A DNA stretch of 64,000 nt from assembly GCF_009914755.1 (NCBI RefSeq), contig NC_060928.1. One strand, 5' to 3'. The stretch is from the human T2T-CHM13v2.0 reference genome, Homo sapiens. The notes below the pieces were generated by a model that had not been told where the DNA came from, ran no database searches, and saw only the letters and a program-made list of their open reading frames with translations. Shown here in pieces: positions 41,065-57,650 of this stretch; position 1 is the first letter of the stretch; every line of letters starts with the position of its first letter. A program made the position numbers and the translations under genes.

Positions 41065-44000
41065 GAGGAGGGGCTTCCTTAATGGAGAAGAATCAAAATG
41101 AGTAGAGAGTCACACTTCCAATAGATCATCTAAGAGAGAACACTGGAATTCAACAGAGAAGTGATGGGAAGCACCTAAAGCAAGTAAGGAGGGGGAAACA
41201 AGGCAGGCTGTTCATTTGGGATCAGCTGGGAGGCTGAAGAGGATCCTTAATGTGGGGAAAGGGAAAATGAAAGACCCACAGCACTACAATTCCCTATAAT
41301 TCTAGGCACAGGAGAGTCCCTTGACTCTTGAGGGCTTTGAGAATAACACAGGGAGCTGCCTGCAGACTGTAAAAGGGCATTGCTCCAGACAGAGAGCTCA
41401 TGCTGGGTCCCACAAACCACTGAGTCTTAAGCAGCTGCAGCACGGTACCATTTTGAGAGCCCAGCCCCCAGTAGAATGCATCCTGTCCTGGTGCTCAATA
41501 GCCTGTGAATCTCCACATCTCTGGAGCCCCATTGACACTGCCAGCTCACAGTGGCTACCACCTGGGCTGAGGCAGTAGCCACAATCAGCAACCCTGGCCA
41601 CCCCAGCAAAAGAGTGGTTATGCATGTTCATGTGTTCTGAGGACAAATTCCACTGTCTGCAGCTGCCATCACTGTGATATCCCCCAACCCCATCCCAAGC
41701 CACCTGCCTATTGCTGCTCCCTCTTATTGCCACTCTGCCCTCCCCATTAACAGGGCCACAGTACAGCCACTGTTGCCTCCACGTGAGCATTCAGCCAGAG
41801 GCCTGAAGATTACCCTCCCCCTGCCTACAAGAGCCATCACCTGCACATACTACAGGGGCCTGAAGGCAGTACTTCCCAGCCTGGATCAATCCCCTACCTT
41901 CGTACCTGAGCACACCATCCAAGGGCCTGGGGATTGCTCAGCCTAGTCCACTGCTTTTGACACCTGAGCACTGCTCCCAGGGTCTGAGTTTGGGCTTTCT
42001 CAACCTGCTGCTATCAACACATCTGGCACCCACCCACATGTGCCACTTGTGGGCCTGGGGACTGATATGCCCAGCCTGTCACAGCCACCACCAACAACAG
42101 AGCAGACCTCTTCGGCCCAAGGGGGTTGCCTCACCACTGCTACTGATATCACCCACACCATGCCCACTGCCCAGGGGCTCAAGAGCCTACCCACCTGCCT
42201 GGCCCACTGCTGCCATTCCTGGTGTCTGAGCAAGCCATTTGGAGGCCCAATAATTGGCCTGCCAGGGCCCACTGACACCAGTGCCAGTATACACCACCCT
42301 GAAACCCAAAGACAGACATGTTCAGCCCATTGCTGCCACCACTGGGACCTAAAGATTGGCCTACCTGACATACCACTCCCCAACAGAACTTGCCTCCACT
42401 AATAACTGCACCCTAAGCCACTGAGAAAATCACAGACACTATTGAAACTGTTTATAGCCAAAGAAATCATATAGAGACTACATTACTGCATGTACTCAGA
42501 ACCAAAGCCAAAGTACCCTACCCGACCAACGCCATAGATCCATCTTCAAAAAAAAGTCCTTCCCTGGGAAAGCAAATTCAAATAATTGGAATAAGTGACT
42601 GTTACATCAAATGCACAAATATTAAAGTATGGACACAGTGAACATGAAAAAGCAAAAAAATAAGACACACCCCAAAAATAATTAGCTAGGAACAGATCTC
42701 AGCAAAAAATCTCAGTGAGATACGCGGGAATATTGAAAAACAATTCAGGATATGAATGAGAGATTTACCAAAGAGAGATATATCATAAAAATGAACCTAA
42801 CAGAAATTATGAAACTGAAGAATTCATGGAATGAAATACAAAATACATTCCAGAGCTTTGACAATAGACTAGATCAAGAGGAAGAAAGAATCTCACAAAC
42901 TGGGGGCAGGTCTTTTGAAATAATCTAATCAGACAAAAAGAAAGAAAGAAGAAGAGGAAGAAAATGAGCAAAGCCTAAGTGACATATGGGACACCATAAA
43001 GTGACCAAATACTTGAGTTTTCAGAGCCCCAGAAGGCAAAAAGAAAACAAAAGCGTTAAAAACCCCATTTAACAAAATAATAGATGGAAACTCTTCAGGT
43101 TTAGCAGGAGATTTAGACATCCAGATACATGAGGCTCAAAGATCCTCAAATAGACACAATTCAAAAAGATTTTCTCTGTGGGACATTATAGTGCAACTGC
43201 CAAAAGTTATAGGCAAAGGGAAAATTCTAAAAACAGCAAAAGAAAAGCATCCAGTCACTTATAAAAGAACCCCCATCAGACTAATGGAGGATTTCTCAGC
43301 AGAAACCTTACAGGCCAGGAGAGAATGACATATTCAAAATGCTGAAAAAAAAAAACTTCCAGCTAAGTATACAATACTCAGCAAAGTTATCCTTCATAAA
43401 TGAACAACAAGGTAAAGAGACAACCTGTGAATGGAAGAAAATCTTTGCAAACTATTCATCCAACAGGGGATGAATATCCAGAATATACAAGCAACTCCAA
43501 TAGTAAAAAGCTAAATAATCCCATTAAAAAGTGGGCAAAGGGCATGAAGAGACATTTCTCAAAAGAAAACATACAAATGGTCAATAAGTATATGAAAAAA
43601 TGCTCAACATCATGAGTCATCAGGGAAATGAAAATCAAAAACCAAAGTGAGATATCATCTTATCTCAGAGTGTCTATAATTAAAAAGCCAAAAGATAACA
43701 GATGCTGGTGAGGATGTGGAGAAAAGGGAACTCTTATACACTGTTGATAGGAATGTAAATTAGTACAGCCACTATGGAAAACAGTATGGAGATTTCTCAA
43801 AAAACTAAAAATAGAACTACCATATGATCCAGCAATCCCACCACTGGGCAGTTATTCAAAGGAAAAGAAATCAGTATATCAAAGGGATACCTGCACTTGT
43901 ATATTTATTGCAGCACTATTCACAATAGCAAAGATATGGAATCAACCTAAGTGTCCATCAGTAGATGAATGGATAGAAAAATGTGGTATATATACACAAT

Positions 44001-44490
44001 GGAGTACTATTTAACCATAAAAAAGAATGGATCCTTTTATTGGAAACAACATGGATGGAACTGGAGGTCATTATGTTAAGCAGAGAAATAAGCCAGGTAC
44101 AGAAATATAAATTTCACCTGTGCTCACTCATTGAGGTAGAGAGCGGAATGACAGATACCAGAGACTGGGAAGGGTATGTGGGTGAGAGCAGAGTAGGGGA
44201 GGGATGAAAAGAGGTTGGTCAATGGGTACAAACATACAGATATATAGAAGGTATAAGTTCTAATGTTCAGTAGCAGAGTGGGGTGACTATAGTTAGCAAC
44301 AATGTAGTGCGTATTTCAAAATAGCTAAAAGAGAGAACTTGAAATGTTCCAACACATGATAAATGATAAATATTCAAGATGATGGACACCCCAAATCCTC
44401 TGACTTGATCATTACACATTCTATGCATGTAACAAAGTATCACATGTACCCCGTAAATATGTAACATATTATGTCTCAATAAAAAACTTG
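41065..44490 (+). mobile_element. L1MA3-like LINE with retained 5' UTR, partial ORF1, large internal deletion, ORF2 C-terminus and 3' UTR
   Basis: TSD AATGCCTGGTAAACT at 41050-41064 and 44491-44505; C-rich 5' UTR; degraded ORF1 from about 42644 ([20 protein letters not shown]); ORF2 tail ([21 protein letters not shown]); 3' UTR ending in aataaaaaa. Confidence 0.9.
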
Positions 44491-46250
44491 AATGCCTGGT
44501 AAACTAAGAGATCCATAATTTGGGGCAAGCAAAGGGCTGTGCTTTTTTTTTTTCCTTTTAAATATAAAGTGATCAACTATGCTGTAGATCCAGCTAAGGT
44601 TAATCAATGACTATATATAAAGTTTCAAAATTTAGCTTAAACCCTTAAGTCAAACGTGCAGTCACAAAATGAGAGTAGAACAGAGCAACATGAGATCTAT
44701 AACATTTAGAGCAGGTGGGCTTGATTTATGAAGCGAAGAGTCCCGGGTTTCAATTGAGATCTGATCTTTGTCATTCACCAAATTCATACTTCAAGTAATT
44801 GTGCCCAGGAATCCACTTTAAATCCTGGTTCTGACTGTCATGTTTAAATTTTCTCACATGGATTATTTTATTTTTTTATGTTGGCATTGAGAGGAAAAGG
44901 TTCTTTATTTTGAGGCAATAAGGAGTAAGATTTAAGTGTGACAAGATCTGATGCGGATGCTTTGATTTCAAGTGGTACCTCACACATAGGGACATAATTT
45001 TAGTTGTGCCTTGTTTTGTTAACTGCCAGTCTTTTTCAAACCAAAAACTAGAAATTATAACTATTAATTCAAACGTATAGGTATCCACAAAGTAAACTAA
45101 AGAGTTAGGTTAATCTTTGGGCTATTTTAGAGAGAGTGGAGGGGAAGGATTCTTTCTTGAAGTTTTTCAGAATACTGATCCAAGTGCTATGAGTCCCTAG
45201 GAAACTTCTCAGGAAGAAATCTTTCCTGACTGTTAGGTGTGAACTTATTGCTAACTCCTAATGTGTCCTTTAAAGGGGAGGCACCTTTAAACAGAGCAAA
45301 AGTACTGGCCTTTCTCTGCTCCTCTCTCACTTACTCCCTCCTGTTTAGCAGCAGGAATCAGGCACAAATGGGTCAACCTACCCTTTATTTTTTCTTTCAG
45401 GGATCTTCTACCTGTTCAAAGAAACATGTGTTCTAATATGCTTTCAGCAATGAAGCAAACTTAGCAATAAAGGCTCCCTATAGGATAGGGGAAGTGAGGA
45501 TGCAGTTTCCCAGAGTGGCTGTGACAGAGTGGTGAGTCTACCTAATTCTTTGGGTTCATTGTTATTACCATACACCTAAGGTATGTCTTCCAATCTAGTT
45601 TTAGTCTGTAATAACTCCTTATTTATCTCTTGGTGGGCTGAAAATTCAGCTGGAGGAAAAGGAGGCATATAATTTATGGATGCACTGAAACCCAATATCA
45701 ATATGGAGTTCCTTCTAGAGTGGCACAAAGCTTTACTTGCTTAGCGATTTCAGTTAACTAATGGCCTATGTAGGATTTTTAGATAAAGGCAGGATTGCTT
45801 GACTACTATTATTCAGAAATAGTCCCAATTTTCCACTATTTGCCTCTGTAGGTACATCTTTAAATGTATATTTGTAAATAAAACTAAATTGTTAGCTTTT
45901 AACTGACATTTTAATAACAGAAGATGGTCTTAATTACTAGTTAGAAGAGACAAAGTCCTAACGGAGATAGAGCTTAAACTTTACCTTGAAGGATAGTAAC
46001 ATAGAGCTAGAGGGGAACACAAAAAAAGAAAAGGAGGCTGGAGTTTTTCATAACTTTGATATATGTAAGAGAGAGTGAGGGACTAGGATCCCAATGCAGA
46101 AAGGAAAATCTGAATTGGCATAGTAGGGCCCAGAATATGTGAAGTCTTGAAAACTAACCCAAGGCCTTTATCCTACAGGCAATCAAAGAACCACTAAAAA
46201 TTTTGGAACAGAGAAATAAAATGCTGAAAATAAAAAATTAGAAGGAATAA

Positions 46251-46550
46251 GCGAGTCACAGTGGCTCACACCTGTAATTCCAGCACTTTGGGAGGCTGAC
46301 GCAGGAGGATCACTTGAGGCCAAGAGTTTGAGACAAGCCTGGGCAGCATAGCAATACCCTGTCTCTACAAAAAAAAATTTTTAAAGTTGGCCAGACATGG
46401 TGATGCATGCCTGTAGTCCCAGGTACTCGTGAGGCCGAGGCAGGAGGATCACTTGAGCCCAGGAAGTAGATGTTGCAGTGAGCCATGATCATACCACTGT
46501 ACTCCTCCAGCCTGGGCGACAGAGTAAGAACCTACATTAAAAAAAATAAA
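46251..46550 (+). mobile_element. AluJ
   Basis: gcaggaggatcacttgaggccaagagtttgagac...gagccatgatcataccactg. Confidence 0.92.
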
Positions 46551-46842
46551 AGGAGAAAGACTAATTTAATTTAAAAAAAAAAAACAAGATGGACAGAAGT
46601 AGCCAGAGAATCAATACAATTAAGTAGGAAGTCTGAAGTGATGAGAGCCTCAACAAACCACCTTCCCTTCCATGTGTCAAGTTTATTTAAAGTAAAACGT
46701 ATGAATGGTTTGTATTTGGTGTGCTACTATGCACTCCTTGATCCACCAAAATAGGATTTCTCCATCTGAAATTGTTCTTGCTAAACTATCACTGACCTAT
46801 TAATCACTAACTCAATAGGTTTTTTTTTTTTTTCATTTCTTA

Positions 46843-47605
<763 letters not shown>

Positions 47606-47742
47606 CCCTCCTTGAAATTTTACTCCCCTAGAATCCTTAGGACTTCTTTTTGTACATCTTGGACCACTCTTTCTCATTCTCTTTTTCTAGATTACTTTCC
47701 TCCACCTGCTGCTTAAAAATTAATGCTTTCTATGATTCTGCA

Positions 47743-48977
47743 CTTTTTTTTTTTAGTTTCTCCTTTAAAAAATTTATTTTAGGTTTTGGGGGTACACGCG
47801 AAGGTTTGTTACATAAACACGTTTCATGAGGGTTTGTTGTACATATTAATACATCACCAGGTATTAAGCTTAGTACCCAATAGTTACCTTTTCTGCTCCT
47901 CTCCCTTGTCCCTCCCATCAAATAGACCTCAGTATCTGTTGTTTCCATCTTTGTGCTCATAAGTTCTTATTTAGCTCACACTTATAAGTGATAACATGTG
48001 GTATTTGGTTTTCTGTTCCTGTGTTAGTTGGCTAAGGATGATAGCCTCCAGCTCCATCTGTGTTACTGCAAAAGACATGATCTCGTTCTTTTTTATGGGT
48101 GCATAATATTCCATGATGTATATGAACCACATTTTCTTTATCCAGTCTGTCACTGATGAGCATTTAGGTTGATTCCATGTCTTTGCTATTGTGAACAGTG
48201 CTGCAATGAACTTATGAGTGCATGTGTCTTTATGGTAGAATGATTTATATTCCTTTGGGTATATACCCAGTAATGGGATTGCTGGGCCAAATGTTAGTTC
48301 TGCTTTTAACTCTTTGAGGAATCAGCATACCGCTTTCCATGATGGTTGAACTAATTTACACTCCCAGCAACAGTTTATAAGTGTTCCCTTTTATCCAAAA
48401 CCTCACCATCATCTGTTATTTTTTGACTTTTTAATAATAGCCATTCTGACTGGTGTGAGAGAGTATCTCATTGTGGTTTTGGTTTGCGTTTCTCTAATGA
48501 TCAGTGATATTAAGCTTTTTTTCATATGCCTGTTGGCCTCATCTATGTCTTCTCTTGAGAAATGTGTGTTCATGTCCTTTGCCCACTTTTTAATGGGGTT
48601 GTTTGTTTTTCTCTTGTAAATTTGTTTAAGTTCCTTATAGATGCTGGACATTTGACCTTCGTCAGATGCATAGTTTGCCAAAAGTTTCTCCCATTCTGTA
48701 AGTTGTCTGTCTACTCTGTTGATAGTTTCTTTTGCTGTGCAGAAGCTCTTAAGTTTAATTAGATCCCATTTGTCAATTTTTGCTTTTGTTGTGATTGCTT
48801 TTGATGTCTTTGTCATGAAATCTTTGCCCGTTCCTATGTCCAGGATGATATTGCCTAGGTTGTCTTCCAGGGATTTTATAGATTTGGGTTTTACCTGTAA
48901 GTCTTTAATCCATCTTGAGTTGATTTTTGTATACATTGTAAGGAAGGGGTGCAGCTTCAATCTTCTGCATATGGCTA
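47743..48977 (-). mobile_element. 5'-truncated older L1PA, 3' 1.2 kb
   Basis: Minus-strand ORF 48409-49005 is L1 ORF2 C-terminus ([10 protein letters not shown]...[19 protein letters not shown]); antisense 3' UTR and poly-T. Confidence 0.95.
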
Positions 48978-49399
48978 CTGTGCTCCCTCTGTTTTTATAC
49001 CACATGCTATTCCCTAGGGCTCCATGGCTGCATGTTTTTTAACTGGCATCTGTATAGGGATGCCTCTAAAACTTGTATTTGAAGGCCAATATCTTGCCTA
49101 TACCTTACCTAGACATATATATTCATTTATTAACCTGATACATATTTATTGAGTGTTTATATGAGTTACACATTATTCCACACAGTAGGTAAAATAGACA
49201 ATGTTCACATGGACATAATGGGGGAGAGGTAAAAATCTAATAAATATATAATGTCAGATCGCGATGAGCTATATTATACCGAAAATAAAAGGCAAAATTC
49301 AGGGGATAGAGGGATGAATGCTATTTTAGATAGGGTTGTCAGGAAGGCCTCTCTGAGGAGGTAGCCCTAAAGAGACCTGTACTTCCAAAAGCTAAATGA

Positions 49400-50190
49400 A
49401 AACCTTTCACTGGACAACCCCCAAGCACCCCAAACTTTGTCAAGTTTTAGTCCAAAATGAAACTTGTTGTCCACAACCCCCACTAATCTAATCTTCCTGT
49501 ATTTCTGATTCTGGCCAGTGGCATAACCACTTTTCCAGAAACTTCTGAATCACACTTATCCTATATCCAATTAATTAGTCACTAAATCCTATCCCTCTAT
49601 CAATTTAACTTCTGAAATATCTCTCAAATATAAGTCTTTTTTTCTATCCCCACATTCACTACCTTGGTTCTTACCAATTCTCATGTAACCTATTACAATA
49701 ACCTTTCTCTACCCTGCTATACTACTAGCAAAGTAGTCTTTCTTAATGAAAATCTTGGCATGCCATTCGCCAGCTCGCACAGTCCCTTCCTTTCACCCTA
49801 TCTTAAGAATAGACTTCAAAGCACTCAACTTGACACTCTCAATCTACTGGGATCTGCACCCCTTCAGCCTCAGTCCTCACTGCCAAGCCATTGAACCCTA
49901 AGTTCCAAAAGTGAATCTACCAAATACTGTTCCTGCCCAGAGGGCCTCCTACAAATGTTATCATTTAGCAAATACTTATGTCATTTCTATGATGGTGCCT
50001 TCTTTCTCTTCCTATAGAACTATCTACTCCAACCTTTTCTTCCCACAAACCTGTAACACTTATCATATGTCATTACCACTATCCATCTCCACTTATTAAA
50101 TTGTCAGCTTCTTGAGGGCAGCACTCTTCTCAGTTACACCTTTGTAATCCTTGTATCTACATCATACCTGGTACACAATAAAAATTCTAT
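49400..50190 (+). mobile_element. L2 fragment
   Basis: cagcttcttgagggcagc...ctttgtaatccttgtatctacatcatacctggtacacaata; boundaries approximate. Confidence 0.55.
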
Positions 50191-50537
50191 AACTGAAACT
50201 GCAAAACTCTTGTGAAAGAAATTTTAAAAAATCTAAATAAATGAAGAGAGATTCCACGTTCATGGATTGGAAGATTCAACATGCTTAAGATGTCAGTTCT
50301 TCCTAAACTGATCTATAGATTTAACATAATCCCAATCAAAATCCCAGCAAGGCTTGTAGTAGCTATTGATAAACTAATGCAAATATTACATGTAAGGTAA
50401 AATACCTAGAATAGCCAACACAATAGTGAAGTAGAAGAAAAACGTTGGAAGTCTCAAATGTTCTGACTTTAAAAATTACTATAAAAATACAGTCATCAAA
50501 ACAGCATGGTATTGGTGAAAGAAGAAGCATAGATTAA

Positions 50538-50566
50538 AACACACACAACACACACACACACACACA
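50538..50566 (+). repeat. (CA)n microsatellite
   Basis: acacacacaacacacacacacacacaca. Confidence 0.85.
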
Positions 50567-50983
50567 GTAGAGAGCCCAGAAACAAGCTACAAAGATAATC
50601 AACTGATATTTGACAAAGGAGCAAAGGCAATTCAAATGGAGAGAATGTCATCTTTGTAGCAAATGGTGTGGGAACAATTGGACATCATATGCAAAAAAAC
50701 TGAATGCAGACACTGATGTAAGCCTTCACAAAAATTAACTCAAAATAGATCATAGGCCAAAACGTAAAATGCAAAGCTATAAAACTTCTAGAAGAAAATA
50801 TAGAAAGTCTTAGGTTTGGTGATAATTTTTATATACAACACCAAAAGCACAATCCATAAAAAAACTGGTAAGTTGAACTTACTAAAATTAAAAACTTCTG
50901 CTCTGTGAAAGATACTGTTCAGAAAATATTTGTAAGACACATATCTGATAAAGGTCTTGTATAAAAAACACACAAAGCATTCC

Positions 50984-51294
50984 TTTTTTGTTTGTCTGTT
51001 TGTTTTTTGAGATGGAGTCTTGCTCTGTCGCCCAGGCTGAAGTGCAGTGGCACGATCTCGGCTCAATGCAAGCTCTGCGTCCCGAGTTCACGCCATTCTC
51101 CTGCCTCAGCCTCCTGAGTAGCTGGGACTACAGGCTCCTGACACCATGCCCAGCTAATTTTTTTTTTTTTGTATTTTTAGTAGAGACGGGATTTCACCAT
51201 GTTAGCCAGGATGGTCTCAATCTCCTGACCTCGTGATCCACCTGCCTCTGCCTCCCAAAGTGCTGGGATTACAGGTGAGCCACCTCACCTGGCC
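50984..51294 (-). mobile_element. AluY-like
   Basis: gcaagctctgcgtcccgagttcacgccattctc; TSD acaaagcattc. Confidence 0.95.
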
Positions 51295-51338
51295 ACAAAG
51301 CATTCTTAAGACCCAGAAAGGAGAAAAAATATGTCCAA

Positions 51339-51602
51339 TTTTTTTTTTTTTTTTTTAGATGGAGTCTAGCTCTGTCGCCCAGGCTGGAGTGCAGTGGCAC
51401 AATCTCGGCTCACTGCAACCTCCACCTCCAGTTTCAAGCGATTCTCCTGTGTCAGCCTCCCTAGTAGCTGGGATTACAGGCACCTGCCACCATGCCCGGC
51501 TAATTTTTGTCTTTTTTAGCAGAGATGGGGTTTCACTGTTTTGGCCACGCTGCTCTCGAATTCCTGACCTCGTGATCTGCCCGCCTCGGCCTCCCAAAGT
51601 GC
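51339..51602 (-). mobile_element. AluS, 5'-truncated
   Basis: Antisense Alu body; TSD gtccaattttt. Confidence 0.93.
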
Positions 51603-51739
51603 AGGAAGTCCAATTTTTAAATAGGCAAAAGATGTGTATATTTTATCACAATGAAAAAATATGAATACATTTTCATCTACCGCTATATCTATATCTGTGT
51701 TCTGTATCTAGTATTCACTAGGATTGTTCATGAATTTTT

Positions 51740-52372
51740 GATTGTTTACAAGTTTTCTCTTTTTTGGGGCCCATGGTAGAATTGCATTTCCCCAAAGCAA
51801 TAATCAGACATGGTCACTGTACTTGGTTTGATCACTGAAATGTAGGGGTAAGTATCATGTGCCTTTCTTAAGCAAAAGCTTCCAGAGCAAACAGAACTTC
51901 AATATATTCTGTTTTCCTTTTGGCACAGCAACTGTCGAAGTTCTAAATAGTGGCTGCATCAGCCTAGTTTGAGAAGAACAGTTATGTGTGAAAAAGAGCC
52001 CTCAACCATACCTCAATGGACATTTAACATGAGTAAGAAGTAAACATTTTCCCAGCAGTTTGGGAGGCTGAACGGGAGAATCACTTGAGCCCAGGAGTTC
52101 CATACTAGCCTGGGCAACACAGAGATACCCCATCTCTACAAAAAAAATCGTTTTTTTAAATTAGCTGGGCGTGGTGGTGTATACCTGTAGTCCCGGCTAC
52201 TGGGGGTGGGGAGACAAGGGCAGCCTGAGGTGGGAGTATCACTTGAGCCCAGGAGGTCGAGGCTGCAGTAAGCCCTAATTGCACAACTGTACTCCAGCCT
52301 GAGCAACAGAGTGAGACCCTGTCTCAAAATAAATAAATAAAAATAAGAAGTAAACTTTTGATGTATTAAAGT
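51740..52372 (+). mobile_element. MLT1-type LTR fragment interrupted by an Alu
   Basis: ggtagaattgcatttccc...acatggtcactgtacttggtttg...aacatgagtaagaagtaaac[Alu]ttttgatgtattaa. Confidence 0.6.
52050..52343 (+). mobile_element. AluJ, 5'-truncated
   Basis: cacttgagcccaggaggtcgaggctgcagt; TSD taagaagtaaac at 52034-52045 and 52344-52355. Confidence 0.92.
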
Positions 52373-52573
52373 AAAAAAAAGCCTGAACAAACTGTTTACC
52401 AATGAAGATCTGAAAGACAGTTTACTGATTAAAATATGTAGATGGTAAATTAACATATGAAAATATACTCACCATCATTTGTCATTAGGAAATTGAAAAG
52501 TGACATATCACTACAAACCTATTAAATGGCTAAAATTTAAAAACTAGCAATACCAATTGATGTGGAGCAGTAG

Positions 52574-52876
<303 letters not shown>

Positions 52877-54458
52877 AGGAACTTACTCATTGGTGCTGGG
52901 AACACAAAATGGTACTTTTTGGATGACAATGTTTCTAACAAAGCTAAACATAATCTTACCATATGATCCAGCAATTGCACTCCTAGCCATTTACCTAGCT
53001 TATTTGAAAGTTTATGTCCACAAAAAAACCTGCATATGAATGTCTATAGCAGATTTATGCATAATAGCCAAAAGCTGAAAGCAACAAAAATGCCCTTCAA
53101 TAAGTGAATGGAAAAACAAACTATGATAAATCTACAAAATGGAATATTATTCATCAATAAAAGGAGCTATCAACTTATAAAAAGGCATGAATGAATCTTC
53201 AGAGACTATTACTAAGTGAAAGAAGCCAGTTTGAAAGGGTATGTGCTGTATGATTCCAACTATATACAATTCTGGAAAGCAAAACCATAGAGATGGTAAA
53301 AAGATCAGTGGCTGCCAGGGGCTTGAGGCTGGGGGAGAGGTAAATAGGTGAAGCACAGGGGATATTTCAGGGCAATGAAACTACTGGATGATATTGTGAT
53401 GGTGGATACATGGCATTAAGCATTTGTCAAAACCTAGAGAATATACAGCACAGGAATAAACCTTAATATGTGCAAATAAAAAAAGTCATTTAGGGGCTTT
53501 AGGGGGGGGGTCCCAGATCAAATACAAAAAGTAACCAAAACTAACTGTATTACAAGTACATTTACAACCTCATTTAAAGGGGTCGGGGGAAAAGTGCTGA
53601 CCTCTGTAACTATGAAAATGAATGAAATTTGCAAGATTGAGTGCAAAAGAAACTATACATAAGCACTGTACTTTAGTTGACTGTTATTGTCCATGGGAAT
53701 ATTGATTAACAATTCTGATCTGCCCTACATATATGGTGGAATTGAACAATTACACAAATAGAAGATGGCAGGACCCAGGTTTCACACTACCGGAGTGAGA
53801 GGTTACAGACAAGCAAGGGAAGGAGGCTAGAATGAGCCATGTGGTAATGGATTAGAGTTTAAGGCATCAGTATTAACTCATGCTTAGCTTAATGTAGAGA
53901 CAAATGGTCACATATAGAGATATTTATAGCTATGTGTATATATAGGGGTCAGTATATACACATGTTTTTCCTTGCTCTGTCAGTTGACGAACACTAGAAG
54001 CAATGACACAGTAGTATGGAGCACATTTAGCACCATTCTCCCATAAAAGAAACCAGGGCTCCTTGGAGAAATGGCTCATTCTAGGACTGGGGCAGGAAAT
54101 ATACAAGATGAGCCAGTAGCATCTTATAGCATCAGAAAGCAAGGAAGTGCTCAAAAACCAAACAAAGCAAAATAAAAGAACTTCATGATTGGAGTATGTC
54201 AGAGGGACACAGAAGCCAACTGAAAGAGCTCCCAGTGGCCAAAGCTGGACCAACTGGGGCAAGAAAATAAATAACATAGTATTGAATTGTAACCCAAATT
54301 ATAAAATAAATATCCATGAGTCCATAGTGATATAAATAAATGTATAAATCAATAAATGGGAGACACAATCTCCTATGCAGAAGTCCAAATAAGTGATGTA
54401 GTTGCTTCTGCCTCAAGGAAGTAAGGCATAGCTATCCCTTCCTTAAAAGCAGACTGTG

Positions 54459-55058
<600 letters not shown>

Positions 55059-55462
55059 TCATATTGACGTGTACCCTTGATATGATATAATGAAGATGGC
55101 ACTTTACTTCTGTGGCCATCCTCCACAAACCCATAACCCTAGACTAATCATGAGAAAAATATCAGACAAATCACAATTGAGAAACATTCTACAAAATGTC
55201 TGACCACTACTCAAAACTGTCAAGATTAAAAAAAAAAAAGTGAAAGTGTGAGAAACTGTTTCAACCAAGAGGAACCCAGGGAGCCCTAAAACAACTAAAT
55301 GTAATGTGGTGTCGTAGTTGGGATCCTCGAACAGAAAAAGGATATTAGATAAAACCCAAGGTAATCTGAATGAAGTATAGACTTTAGCTAATAAAAATAA
55401 AATTCAATAACTATCAAATGTATGGATGATTCCTTAATAATACTTTTGTCCTTGCTAAACTT

Positions 55463-55769
55463 CTTTTTTTTTTTTTTTTTTTTTTTTTGAGACAGAGTCT
55501 CACTCTGTCGCCCGGGCTGGAGTGCAGTGGCACCATCTTGGCTCACTGCAACATCCGCCTCCCTGGTTCAAGCGATCCTCCTGCCTCAGCCTCCTGAGTA
55601 GCTGGGACTACAGGCATGTGCCAACATGCCCAGCTAATTTTTTGTATTTTTAGTAGAGATGGGGTTTCACCGTGTTAGCCAGGATGGTCTCGATATCCTG
55701 ACCCCATGATCTGCCCCCCTTGGCCTCTCAAAATGCTGGGATTACAGGCATGAGCCACCACACCTGGCC
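55463..55769 (-). mobile_element. AluS (Sc-like)
   Basis: TSD gtccttgctaaactt at 55448-55462 and 55771-55785. Confidence 0.95.
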
Positions 55770-55881
55770 CGTCCTTGCTAAACTTATAGTGTGATGAATT
55801 AAAAAGAAGGTGAGCTTTGGCATCACGCAAATCAGATCTGCTCTCAGCTTCACTCCTTGGTTGCTGTTGAATTCTGAATGA

Positions 55882-56112
<231 letters not shown>

Positions 56113-56282
56113 TCTTTCAAATTGCAAAAAGGAAAATTTGGTAACGGCAACCAAAAACACCGTAAGCCTATGTACTGTGCTGAAATACAAAAGCGTAAGC
56201 CCAAACTAAGAGTGTCTTTATTTTCTATTTGGATGCAAGCCAAAATCAAACAGAACTGACGTAGTGCCATTCTGCCTCTCCC

Positions 56283-56354
56283 AAGAAAGAAAGAAAGAAG
56301 GAAGGAAGGAGGGAAGGAAGGAAGGGAGGGAAGAGAGAGAGGGAGGGAAAAAGA
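56283..56354 (+). repeat. Polypurine (GAAA/GGAA/GGGA) simple repeat
   Basis: aagaaagaaagaaagaaggaaggaaggagggaaggaaggaagggaggg. Confidence 0.9.
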
Positions 56355-57100
56355 ACGGTTCGCGGGAAAAAGACATCAAATAACAGCAAAGAAATGCAGC
56401 TTCTAAAGTAATCTCCAGTTCCTTACTGGCTGTGAGGAAAAAAAACTTCTCACTGGATTAGTCCTGACATATTAAGAATTAAGAGCAGCCTCTAGTGGCA
56501 GATCAAAGATTTTACAAAGTAGCCTTGCAGAAACCAAAATGCCTTCTATTTTTTACTGCTTGCTCTAAGCAAGCTCAGAGCCAAATTAGCTCATCAACTT
56601 TTGCAAGTATGAATAATTTCACCCGGCTTTGAGTGTTCTTAATACTTATATTTTATTTATATTCTTTTTTATACGTAGTTTAGCTGGACTATTATAATAT
56701 CATGGTGGGGTAGGATGTGGTGGGGGAGGATTTTTTTTCAAAGAACAAAGGATTGACTGAAGCCTAAATGAAGACAGATTTGATGAACTGAAGTTCAGTT
56801 CTCACTTAGCTTTTTCTGTCTCCTTAAATGAGGGTGATCAAAACTAGAAATATCCTAAGGAAAACAGAAATACCTGAGAAACAATGAATTTCCCTGAACT
56901 TCATCTTTCCAAAAGGAGCACCTTTCTCCAACACTGAATATGCCAAATGTCTCGTTTTACACACCTGCGTTTCTCCTTCCTCGGAACTCTATCATCCAAA
57001 CCCTTGGTTTCTCATCACTTATGAAATTAAAAATAAATGAATAAATAAAATGTTCTTCCTCATCAGTTATTGCTACAAAGACGCTGTTATCTTGGGATAA

Positions 57101-57650
<550 letters not shown>

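Noticed and set aside
41321-42402. Cluster of ORFs on both strands
   Set aside because: They lie in the C-rich 5' UTR of the L1MA element and have no protein-like features.
48409-49005. Longest ORF in the track (198 aa, minus strand)
   Set aside because: It is the C-terminal part of L1 ORF2 in a 5'-truncated L1PA, not a host gene.
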